From Diplonema japonicum (Eukaryota; Protista; Euglenozoa: Diplonemea), in NCBI GenBank assembly GCA_964019335.1, contig OZ025648.1, positions 248,001 through 312,000 on the forward strand: DNA of 64,000 bases, read 5' to 3'. Positions 22,401 through 32,719 of the stretch are shown here, piece after piece; the stretch's first letter is position 1, and each line of letters opens with the position of its first letter. The notes below the pieces were generated by a model, which was given only the letters and a program-made list of their open reading frames with translations, made no database searches and was not told the DNA's origin. Position numbers and translations under genes: made by a program.

Positions 22401-23844
22401 GGTAGGTTGTAACGTCCTTTCCAGCTGCGCGTTCCGCCCATCTGAGCAGCCCCTGTTCTGTTTTGTTGCCTGTCCAGATCCTGCCATCTTTTGTGATCTT
22501 GCTCTTGGTACCGGGTGGTGCTTGTATCTTGTCGGCCGTGCTGTTGTAGAATATGGAGTCCGTGTAGAGATCTATGATCTTCTTGGACAACGACTCGTGC
22601 AGCTCGCTGAGCGACAGGTTTCCCTCGCCGTTGTGGTCGTAGTCGTTGGTGACGACGCCGCCGATGTTTGCGGTGATCTGGGTCATCTCGTTGGTGGTGA
22701 GCGTCCCCGTCTTGTCCGAGCAGATAGAGGTTGCAGCGCCCATAGTCTCGCATGCAGCAAGGGAGCGCACCATATTGTTGTCCTTCATCATGGCCTGCAT
22801 GGAGTAGGCAAGGGCGATGACCACACTGAGCGGCAGGCCCTCAGGCACAGCCACAACAATGATAGACACACCCACGATGGCGTAGTCGAGGAGGAGTTTG
22901 AAGTCGTAGCTATCGCCATTGTTCTTCGCCTTGATGATGGAGATCAGCCCGAGCGTCAGAAAGAGAAGGATTGCCACCGCAATGCCGACACGGCCCACAA
23001 GGTCTGCGAGTTTATCAAGCTTCTCTTGGAGAGGTGTCGCGGTGCGCTTGCCTTTCTCACGTGCGTTCATTTCAATGGTACCGGAGAAACTCTTCTCACC
23101 CACCCCGATGCACAGGAACTCTCCACCGACACCAGCAAGCACGTTGGTACCCGACAGGATGAAAGGGTCTTTCTCAACTGATTTCTTTTTGTCATCGTTC
23201 TCACCGGTGGCGGCGGATTCATCCACTGCAACGCCCTGCCCCTTCAAGAACAGCCCGTCAGCAGGGAGGAAGGTGCCGCCTTGGAACAGAACTATGTCGC
23301 CAACAACAAGCTCAGCGACATCGATCTCTTGAATACCACCGTTTCTGCGGACCTTGAAAGGCACCTTGCTGGTCAACCGATTGAGGGCTTGGAACTTGAG
23401 CCCCTTCAGGTAGTCGTTGATGGTTGTTATGAGGATCACAATCGTCACGGCCACAATGATGAAGGTCCCGTCGATCCATGCTGTGGAGTAGTTCACGTCG
23501 TCCTTCCCTTGCTCGGGTGTTGAGAGACCGATCACGAGCGCCACAGCACCCAACACGAGAAGCAGAATCATCATCTTGTCCGACAATGCCTCCAGCAAGT
23601 ATTTCAGGTACGTCACCTCCTCCTCTTCAGGAAGCTCGTTTTTGCCGTACACCTCGATACGCTGCTCGATGCTGGCAGTGGTGATGCCGTTCTCGAGGTC
23701 GGTGTTTAGGTTCTTCATGACACCCTCAATGCCCCCTTCCTGCCCGAGGAGCTCTTTGTTCTTATCAACAATAATGTTGAAAAAGGTATTGCTCGAGATG
23801 GACATGCTGGACTCCACCCTGATGGTGGTCGGCTCGGTCGCCAT
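19431..23844 (-). CDS. PMCA: Plasma-membrane-type Ca2+-transporting P-type ATPase (P2B), 4 exons
   Basis: DKTGTLT phosphorylation site, VAVPEGLPL, TGDGTNDAPAL, FLQFQFTVN, LWANLIMDT; introns 21560..21615, 20378..21317 and 20218..20260 restore a continuous frame. Confidence 0.95.
20407..20440 (+). other. Spliced-leader (mini-exon) sequence relic, 34 of the ~39 nt
   Basis: ACGATTCTAATGCTACAGTTTCTGTACTTCATTG matches the conserved kinetoplastid/diplonemid SL 3' block CAGTTTCTGTACTT(T/C)ATTG and the diplonemid-type ACGATT...GCTA 5' part; about 5 nt missing at the 5' end. Confidence 0.9.
20407..21297 (+). mobile_element. SL-headed retro-insertion with decayed zinc-finger/LINE-like ORF, antisense within PMCA intron 2
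   Basis: GC-rich 891-bp block between TTTTCTTT copies (20399-20406 and 21298-21305); frameshifted coding remnants including CPLCHAILPRGHVFAH; removing it plus one repeat copy leaves a 41-nt intron, typical for this window. Confidence 0.75.
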
Positions 23845-23910
23845 TTTGACGTAGCAGCCTGTGATACTTGATACTCTGAAGCAGTAAAAGAGAACAATAA
23901 AAAAAAGGGG

Positions 23911-24957
23911 TTAAGGTATACTATAAGCAGCTTCGCCAGGAGAAGGTGCCTCCCATTCCGTTACGATGGGCTGTGTTCTGGTAACGGGTGCAGGTGGGGG
24001 TGGCTTCAAGACAATGTCACCGCCATACTCCTCGAGGTCTGTCTTGGGGATGTCCTTCTCACTGGAGATTCGAATGACGTCGCAAGCCAGGAAGCTTCGA
24101 GGGCAACACTCGACGACGGTCTCGGTAGCTTGCATGAGAGGAGTAGGGAGGGACGACAAAAGGGACATAAGGGGTTTGAGTGCACGGTCCGCCTCGGTGT
24201 CTGATGTAGTTACTTCGAAGAGGATAGAAGTACCCGCTTGTGCTAGCCCGTGCTTGACATCACGCTGACCGTCCACTTTAGCGAGGACCATCCCAGGGGT
24301 GAGCCCAGACAAAGCAGCAGGGCTGTCAGGAACAACATTGATAACAACATTAGCAGGAGACAGTTCAATGCCAAGCTTTTCATCAGCAGCCTCACGCGAC
24401 ACTGTGACAAGAACGGTCGCCTTGTCCACAGACGCAGCAGGGGTGGGCTCAGAACGGATTTTAAAGGTGGTTGTAAGCCCCGACTGGATGACAGCCTGCA
24501 CGCCATCTTCTTCCGTTGTAAGGTAAGTGTCGTTAATAGTGACGACACGCATTCCAGAGAGAAGCCCTGCTGCTGCGGCAGGACCCTTCGTCCCTGCTAT
24601 GATTAGATCCGATCCGAGCTCCACACCAACCTTCTCTGTCAATGACAACCTGCTGACGGTGTACGTCGTGAACATGTCGTTGTGCACGGTGAAGCACACC
24701 TCCAGCCCGTTTCCCAACCCTACAGCTCTGATTCCGTCTTCTTCCGTCTTCAAAGGCATCCCGTTGATCTCGCACACCCTCATCCCCGCCTCCAGACCGG
24801 CTTTCTCCGCGCACCCTCCTTTCACTACCTTCGCTATCACTAAATCCGACCCAAGGTCCACCCCCAACCTGCCCCCCACCTTGTCCTTCCTCACCACGAT
24901 GCTTCGCTTATTCCTTGGACCCGGCGGGGTGACGGCGCTGCTCTCGGCCTGACCCAT
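23911..24957 (-). CDS. Multi-PDZ domain protein with N-myristoylation-like start (MGQAESS)
   Basis: Three PDZ-like repeats (RLGVDL/KVGVEL/KLGIEL ... AGLEAGMRV/AGLLSGMRV/SGLTPGMVL). Confidence 0.8.
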   Translation of the reverse strand: MGQAESSAVTPPGPRNKRSIVVRKDKVGGRLGVDLGSDLVIAKVVKGGCAEKAGLEAGMRVCEINGMPLKTEEDGIRAVGLGNGLEVCFTVHNDMFTTYTVSRLSLTEKVGVELGSDLIIAGTKGPAAAAGLLSGMRVVTINDTYLTTEEDGVQAVIQSGLTTTFKIRSEPTPAASVDKATVLVTVSREAADEKLGIELSPANVVINVVPDSPAALSGLTPGMVLAKVDGQRDVKHGLAQAGTSILFEVTTSDTEADRALKPLMSLLSSLPTPLMQATETVVECCPRSFLACDVIRISSEKDIPKTDLEEYGGDIVLKPPPPAPVTRTQPIVTEWEAPSPGEAAYSIP

Positions 24958-25485
24958 CTTACTGCCCCGTGTAGTGCTGGTTGTCTCATGAAGTTTAGGT
25001 TGCCCTTAAAGCCAGAGGCAACTGATGGTCTGAATCTAGCCACTTTTCTGTTGTTGCTGTTGCTCGTGACTTGTGTGGCGAACTACGAATAAATACCGCA
25101 GCTGCAAAAATGGACAAAAGAAGATACACGACGTAACAAAAGAATGCACCTGTGCAACTCCTACCAGCATCTCTCCTCCCACCCGTTCTGTCTTAGATCA
25201 CCAGGCTTGCGTTGGGCCTGATTGCGGGAAAGACCCTCTGTCCATTGCTATCGAACCCAGTTGCGATGAAATTAAGAAAAAGAGGTATAAAAAATGGAGT
25301 TGAAAAAAAAAAAAAGACGAAACAGTAAAAGAAACCCGCAAAAGAAGGTAACAAAAAAAAAAACAACCAAGTCCTCCCCTATTCGTATGATCCCCCCCCC
25401 CCATTCTGGGAAGACAGGGAGGGACCGAGAAAGATCAAAAAAACGTTTTTTTTTTTCTTCTTCTTTTTCTTTTATATGTAGCAGC

Positions 25486-26436
25486 TTAGTACTCATAAAC
25501 ACCCCTGCCGGACTTTCTCCCGTTCCAGCCAGCGTCGACGTAGTTGACAAGAAGGGGGCAAGGGCGGTATTTGCTGTCGCCGAGCCCGTTGTGAAGGACC
25601 CTCATGATGGCGAGGCAGGTGTCGAGGCCGATGAAGTCGGCAAGGGTGAGGGGGCCCATGGGCTGGTTGGTGCCAAGCTTCATGGCGGTGTCGATGTCCT
25701 GCGGCGTCCCGACACCCTCCATGAGGGCGTAGAAGGCCTCATTGATCATGGGCATCAGGATACGGTTTGCGATGAACCCCGGACGGTCCTCTGACACAGC
25801 CACGGTCTTGCCCATCCTCTCGGACAGCTCCCTGTTTCGTTTCTTTTTTTTTTTTCCTCTTTTACACATACTTGCACATTGTGAATGCCTCCTCAGAAGT
25901 AGCAATACCCCTGATGACCTCAATAAGCTTCATAAGAGGGGGGGGGTTCATGAAGTGCATTCCGATCACATTTTCCGGCCTCTTCGTTGCCGCTGCGATA
26001 CGAGTGATGGAGATGGAACTGGTGTTGGTGGCAAGAAGACCATGCGCTGGCATCACTTCGTCGAGCGTCTTGAAGATGGTGTTCTTCAGCTCCTCGGACT
26101 CTGGGGCAGCCTCGATGGCCACGTCGGCCTCTGTTGAGGTATTTCTTCTTTTTTTTTTTTTTTCCCCATACCAGCGAAAGAGTCGAGGTTGGTAACAAAC
26201 GATATCCTCTTAACGATGTTCTCTGCCTCTTCGGCCTCCATGGTGCCCTTCTTCACGAACCTCCCGAGGGACTTCTCGATGGTGGCCCTCCCGTTGTCCA
26301 GCCCCTTCTGGTGCGCGTCATTCAGGATAACGTTCATCCCCTTAGACGCCGCGACCTGTGCGATCCCGTTCCCCATCTGCCCTGCGCCGATCACACCCAC
26401 GGTCCTCACGGCCGCCGCCTTGATAAGACTCGACAT
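25486..26436 (-). CDS. 3-hydroxybutyryl/3-hydroxyacyl-CoA dehydrogenase (3 exons)
   Basis: [51 protein letters not shown]; introns 26131..26171 and 25832..25871. Confidence 0.93.
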
Positions 26437-27112
26437 TCTTTCTTTTTTTTTTTTTTGCCCACTTGTACAATACATGTTTATCCAAAACAACAAAACAAAA
26501 TAAAGGGATGCAACAAAAAAAAGAAGAAGATTAATACGATTTGAAAACCATATTTAAAGGTCTTTGGAAGTAATCCCGAAGATAGAGAAGAAGGGAAGGG
26601 GGGGGGGGGGGGGGCGTTTTGGTTCATCCGCAACACTGCTTCGAGTGCAGCGTTCAGAGCATCCTGAAGACCTGCGACCAGGTTGGCACCCTCCTCTAGC
26701 CACTGACGCTTTCTCCGCCTGTCAGCTCTGTCACCTCTGACACCACACGCAGCCCCCCACACCGCGCTCCTTGTTGCGCTTCAGGAACTCCTGCATCACA
26801 GCAATCACGCTGTGGCATCGCTTCCAAGCTATTTACAGTTCCCTCTCCCGGAAGAAGCGACGTCAGGGCCTTCGCAGCCTGCACACCAGCGCTGTCGTTG
26901 TCATGATTTCCTCTTTTTATTTTTTCTTTTCTTTTCTTTTCTTTATAATTCCCGCAAAGCCTTGCAGGTAGGTTTTACATCTGTGTGGATGTGTGTTATT
27001 GAACGTGAACAAACAAACTATAAAAGAAAGACTGAAAATAATACATTGGGGAATAAAGTGGAAACAAAACAAAAAAAAGAACTCAATACAATTTCGGTGT
27101 ACATGGGGGTGC

Positions 27113-28219
27113 TCACTGAAGGCAAGAAACATTACATGGAGTCGTGCTAGGTAGGGGGCGGTTTGGCTCGAGGAGAAAGAGTGGTCCCCTGAGATAATCT
27201 TTCGCTGTCACATCCCCAGCCAATTTACCAGCCCTCAAAAAAAAAAAAATCTATTGCCTCATCTTTGGGACGGTGAACGAAGTGTACGCCCGCTTCAGTC
27301 TCCGCTTAGGCCGTTCCACCGTCACCTGTTCGCACAGTGACATAGTGATGTGGAACGGGTCCAGCTGGACCCTAATCCAGTCTTGGAAGAAGTCGTAGAA
27401 CACAAACGGCTGCGACGACGTACAAGGGAACTCCCGCGTCTTCCGTGGCCCCTTAGGGGAGTACGAGTACGCGTACTGCATGGGGTGTGCATGCGGGGGT
27501 GGGTTGTGGATCTCTCTCTCCCCTATGTAAAAACACATCTCTGCAGGATCGAGCCGGATACCGAACTTGTTCATCACAAGACTACACACACGGCAAGCCA
27601 CTTCTGAGAGGCAGTCCGTGTTCTTCACCTTCAAGACCAGCTGCACCTCGGTCTCATCAACGTGGTAAAAGATGGTAAGAGAGCCTTCAACAGATGCGGG
27701 TGTCGACATTGGAGCGCACTCCATGGCACTGTCGTCTTGCTGAGCTTGATGTTCAAGCTCTGCGACACGTGTTTTTAATGCGGTGATCTCACTTCGAAGT
27801 TCGGTTTTTTTTTCTTTCACTTTTTCGCCGTATTCAACGACAGATTTTTGCATTTCAAGGACATCGTTTTCTGCCTTCTGAGCGCGTTCGTTTGCAAGCT
27901 TCACCTGGCTTTGCAGCAGCTTCTTCTCCTCGCACAGCCGTGACGTGAGGTCTCTTAAGAGGACTAACTCATTCTTTCCGCACGTGTCCATCATGACCCC
28001 GGCAGAAGCCGCCGCTTTTGCCATGGCCGCTTTCACCTGTTCCATCATCCCTTCTTCCTCGCTTTTTACCCTTTTAAGCTTCTTCACAGCTTGCGCCAAT
28101 TCCTCTTCTGCAAGTTTCCGTTTTTCACTGTGGAATTCTTCCTCTGCCTTGTCCTCTCCCTCAAGAAGGTCCATCAGCTCCGCCCTTCTTTCCCACTTCA
28201 GTTCGTGGACGCCCTCCAT
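27113..28219 (-). CDS. Hypothetical coiled-coil protein with possible ubiquitin-like segment
   Basis: ATG 28219 (MEGVHEL); coiled-coil N-terminal half; a probable intron 27234..27287 adds an in-frame last exon ending at 27113 (3' end uncertain, otherwise stop at 27251). Confidence 0.6.
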
Positions 28220-28657
28220 TTTACCCCCCCTTTTTTTTCTCTTTTTTCTTTTGAAAAAGTTTTTTTGGAAGAGTCTCAGGACTTCTGTCACACGTAAACT
28301 TAAAAGAATAAAAAGGGGATAAGGAGGGAGAATGGGGAAGGACAGAAGGACATCAGCCGAATTAAGTAGCAACCCTTCTTTTTTTCCCTCTCTTTTTCTT
28401 TTCCTCTCCTCTTTTTTCTTGCTGTTTGCACATATCAGGGATAGGGAGACTTGCAAAACAAAAAGACAATAAGAATTCACCGGTGATGCGGGGGAGAAAC
28501 CAACGACCTTCTCCCCCCCACTTTTCTTTTACTCCCTCTTTTTACCCCTCCCCTTCTTTTTTTACCCCCCCCCACCCGCAAGATAGAAAAGTTACGTTAT
28601 TGTAAAAATGGAAAAACACTCCGGTGTGTACTTTTTTTTGTTCTCTCTTTTTTTTTT

Positions 28658-30422
28658 TTAAAGGCAGCGGTTGTGAGTTAGCTGGGTTTATTATTTTTTT
28701 TTAATTTTAAATCTTTCTTCTTTTTTAAAATACCTTATGAGCACGTAGAAGGATATCACCGTTGTTGTCCCATTTGAGGATCTCGTCAAGCCAGTGTGTA
28801 GGGAGAGCAGAAAGCCCGTAGATAGAACCAGCGATCTGACCAACTACCGAAGCAACGGTGTCAGCATCACCGCACTGATTGGCTGCCTTGAGCAAGGCTT
28901 CTGTGAGGGAGTTTGTGGACCACACAATGTGAAGAGACATTGATAAGTTGTCCATCGCATAGCTGCCAATGTAGTCCGGCTGCATCTCCGCACGGCCCGG
29001 GGCGAATCTGAATTCTTCTTGTTTCCACTGCCAGTTCCTCTCCTTCAGGTCCCAATCCTTCCCTTCCGTAGGTGTTTCTTGTTCTGCTCTGATGAGATGA
29101 CCCACGCTCTTCACGTTCGTCTTGAACCTCTTCCCAAGGTTTCCCAAAACATCTTCTTTTACCACCTTTGGGTCGTCAGATGGATGCTTTGCGCACTCTA
29201 TCACAATGTATGTCAGTACTTTGCACAGTTCTGCAGCCTCGATGCCCTGGTGTGTTGTGATGGACTGTGTGTAGGCGGCCTCCATAGCCGCTTCCATGTT
29301 GTCGCAGAAGAATACGGGGATCGCTGCGTTGCGCATGAGAGATCCGTTTCCTGAGGTGTTCTCGTCGCCTCTGCGTGTAATGCCCCACCCATGGGTGATG
29401 AACTCGTCGAAGGACTGTGAAATGTTGCCCCCCAGCCCAACCGATGTTTTTCTCACCCTTGCCTCGTCTCTCCCGAATGCGTTGTTGTACCCAAACTCCC
29501 ACCATAGTACAAAACGCATCTTCAGGTCTAGGATATCAAGACCCTTCTTCGCGAGGAGGCTGTCGGCAATGCAGAGGCCCATCGCTGCATCATCCGTCCA
29601 CTGCCCGCCTTTCACTTTGAAACGTGCCATGATGTCTTCATGGTGGCTCAGATCCTTTACTACGTCGTCTGTCTTGTCGTTCCATGTGTACCGCACAGGT
29701 TTGAACTCCATAGGCGCGCCCAGACTGTCCCCTGCCACCATTCCGAGGAAGTTCCCCATCAGCCTGTCTGTCTTCAAGCCCTGTTTCGCACCGGCACGCA
29801 CATCGTCGACAAGTTTCTTCTTCGCATCGTTGTCACCTGCGTACAGTGTGTAGTTGCACAGTTCGGTTCCTGTTCCTGATGCGCGGTAGGCAAGCAGCTT
29901 GAAAATCTCCGGTTTTTCTGCCAGCTTAACGTCCTTCAATGGCAGGTTTGCCTGGTCGGCTGGGGGGTGGAACGCGAAGAACTGCTCCCTAGGGATCGCG
30001 TTGATCTCCGCATCGGCATCGAAAGCCGCTTTACCAGCGTCCCCACCGAACTTCGAGTCGCAAAGAAGCTTGTAATGCAAATCCAGAGTAGGGTGCTTCA
30101 CGTAGGTGCCCTCTGTGCCATCGTTGGACTTACACTTGTAGCACCAGAATGATAGGTCGGAGAAAGAGGCCGCAACGCAGTGGGTGGGGTTTCTGCGCAA
30201 GTGGCCCAGCATGTGCTGGCCTGGTTGCCATCGACTACAGTGTACCTCAAAGCAGGTCAAACACACCCAGTTCTCTTTTGTGTCTCTGCACTCACTGCAC
30301 GGTTGGTTCGTGTCGATGAACCTTGCCCCCGCTACCACCTCTGCTATGTGCGGGCAGTCTGCCTTCGGCTCAACACAAGCCGGGACATCCTCCACAGGCA
30401 TCAGATCGGTACCGCCGGACAT
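28658..30422 (-). CDS. ZnF-UBP (HDAC6-type BUZ) - ADP-ribosylglycohydrolase (ARH/DraG family) fusion
   Basis: N-terminal CPHI...PCSEC...ENWVCLTCFEVHCSRW...HM..H...SFSDLSFWCYKC...YV; C-terminal GDSLG, GQWTDD, SGNGSLMR, THQG, GDADT; final intron 28682..28733 adds LTHNRCL*. Confidence 0.9.
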
Positions 30423-30535
30423 TCTTCGGAATCTATGACAAAGGGTTTCTCTTCAACTACAATCACAAATAAGATAAGGGGGAACTGGGAGTTGGGGGGT
30501 GGGGAGAAACACTTTCTTTTTTTTTTTTTTTTAAA

Positions 30536-32065
30536 CCCATAACACTCCAAGGCGCAAATATTTGTTGTTTTGAAAAATCGTTTTTTTCTCTGAGTACTTT
30601 TTCGTCCCCACGACCCCTGGATCCCCAAGACCGACTATAGTGAGGAGTTATTTTCAACTGCAATTCATGCTGCGCTGCATCACTTTACCTTGTTATCCAC
30701 CAAGTGGGTCCCAAATCCGAGTAGATACGCTAAAAACGCAAAATAACGGGTGTGCATGCTGTGCCCAAATTGTTCCCAAAAAACGCAAAGGTAAAGCCAA
30801 AACAGTTACGGACGAGGTCCAACCTTCATGGGTAAGGGAGTTGGTACCCATAGAGACCATAAAATAGGCCAGTGGGGAGAAAAAAAGCTGTCCCGTGGTA
30901 CGCAGAAACCTGACGACGCAAAATGGTTATTCCTTCGGTTTTTTTATAAGAAGCTGCCCCAGAATCAGCAGTCGTATTGGTCCACAGGACCCATGAAAAT
31001 CCCCCTTTTCACAAGTGGGCAAAAGCAGCAGTGCCAGGAAAATATTTAAGCATTGACGAGACACTCGTACCTTCACGGGGCAATTGGGGGCTGCGGGTCT
31101 ACTGTCCTTTCAAGCATAAAAGATATGGCATAAAAATCTACTGCCTAAACTGCGCGAGCACGGGTTATCTTTTGCGCTTCACATCCACGCCACCAAAATC
31201 GAGGGGCACGCACTTGAAGATTTCAGTGTTGTGGAAAAAGCGGGGCTGGGGTTAACAGAGCCTTTCCGGGGAAATGACAACACGGTAGTTTGCGATAGCT
31301 ACTTTTCGACTGTGGGTCTGGCCGAAGCCCTGCTGTGAGGGGCTTGCATTTCGTTGGGTGTTGCGGACTCTTCTGGTGGGCCCTAGAAGTGACAATAGTT
31401 AACTGCCATGCACTTCAAATAAAATATGGTTAGGGTTCAGCCAAAGAGATACACAACCCTGGCTGCTTTAAAGAGCGCTTTCGAGAGCCTAATTGATGGG
31501 TCCAACGTTGCAAAAACACCACTCCCGGCACCCAACTAGTGGTGCACACACACCCGATACCTCAGATTACACCAAACGTGACCGCTAGCCACTCAAAGGG
31601 GGCACTCTGCAGGTTGAAAGAATGCACAAAACGCACAATCTACAAATGCTACACCTGAAACCAACACCTCTGTCCAAATAAGTGCTTTTTTCGTACCACT
31701 CTTCCATCACCCCAAAAAGGCCTCTTGACGATTTCGAGGCCGATATTCCACCCGCAAATAGGCACTTCTCTCGGTCTGAGACATCTGAGGGGTCCTGATG
31801 CTACCTTTTTTGTCCCAGGATGCTCAATTTACACCCCCCCGTGCACAACCCATTTTGACATGGTCGTTTTTGAGCACCCTACGGCCATTCAACTCTTCAT
31901 CCCCTTTGTATTTTTATTAGTTTTTGAACTTTTTTTTAATTTTCCTGGTCCAAAAAACCCGTTTTACCTGCAAACGGGGGTTGAATGCTGCCATTTCCCC
32001 CCTCAGATTATGAAAAGGAGCAAAAAAAGGGATCCCTATGTAGATAGGCCCCGGAGTGTTATGGG
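30536..32065 (+). mobile_element. Decayed piggyBac-family DNA transposon (~1.5 kb)
   Basis: 13-bp TIRs CCCATAACACTCC/GGAGTGTTATGGG flanked by TTAAA on both sides; transposase remnants LSIDETLVPSRG...YCPFKHKRYGIKIY and VVCDSYFSTVGLAEAL, plus C-terminal Cys-rich domain CRLKEC...YKCYT*NQHLCPNKCF with stops and frameshifts. Confidence 0.92.
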
Positions 32066-32092
32066 TTAAATACTTTTTCCAATCCCCATTGC

Positions 32093-32632
32093 TTAAATAT
32101 ACTCTAGTTCATCGGGGGTTATGACTCGTTTTTTGCATTCTAAAGAAGAGACCTTCAGCTCTTTGTCTCTGTGGAGTGCTTTCCGCATATCTATGCCATC
32201 CTCACTACATGGCGGGCTCCTGTAGTACCCCGTCACAGTTCGGTAGATGACGTAGCCGAGGTTCTGGTACATGCTGACGGCGACGTTGTTGGACTTTCTT
32301 ACAAAGAGGTCAACGAAATACGCCTTGTCCACCTTGTTGGCGATGTTTTCAAGGTTTTCCATCAGCTGGCCCCCAAGGCCGATTCGTCGTGACTCTGGTG
32401 CAATGGTCACAGCGGACACGTGTGCGTGCCACAGGTCTCCTTCGCCTTCCACCTTCCCAATCATATACCCCTGGTTGAATCCGTTGGAATCTGTTGCGAT
32501 AACCTGATATTGTGGCCACCTTCCGAAGTAATCGTAATAGAAGTTCATGCTATACGTTTCTGTGAGCTGATCGAAATTGATGGTGTTGAAGGAGAGGAGA
32601 TCATCGCACTCCATGCGGCGGAAGGACGTCAT
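32093..32632 (-). CDS. NAA20: N-terminal acetyltransferase B catalytic subunit
   Basis: MTSFRRMECDDLLSFNTINFDQLTETY, GYMIGKVEG, WHAHVSAVTIAPESRRIGLG, FVDLFVRKSN, DMRKAL. Confidence 0.93.
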   Translation of the reverse strand: MTSFRRMECDDLLSFNTINFDQLTETYSMNFYYDYFGRWPQYQVIATDSNGFNQGYMIGKVEGEGDLWHAHVSAVTIAPESRRIGLGGQLMENLENIANKVDKAYFVDLFVRKSNNVAVSMYQNLGYVIYRTVTGYYRSPPCSEDGIDMRKALHRDKELKVSSLECKKRVITPDELEYI

Positions 32633-32719
32633 TTTCTTTTTTTTTTCTCTCCTTCTCGTTCTCCTGTGTGGAAGGGTGCACTGGAGTGACGGGGGGGGGG
32701 GGGAGAAAGAAAAAAACGA

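Noticed and set aside
22378-23181. Long plus-strand ORFs overlapping genes (also e.g. 43100..43726, 52410..53078)
   Set aside because: Antisense shadows of GC3-rich coding sequence with no recognisable motifs.
25073-25270. Small gene or TGA-readthrough ORF (MDRGSFPQSGPTQAW*SKTE...) upstream of the PDZ gene
   Set aside because: No recognisable motif, no SECIS, and no consistent splice model; may be UTR.
27234-27257. 24-nt GC-AG or direct-repeat-bounded non-canonical intron
   Set aside because: A canonical GT donor at 27287 using the same acceptor gives the same frame and a typical 54-nt intron.
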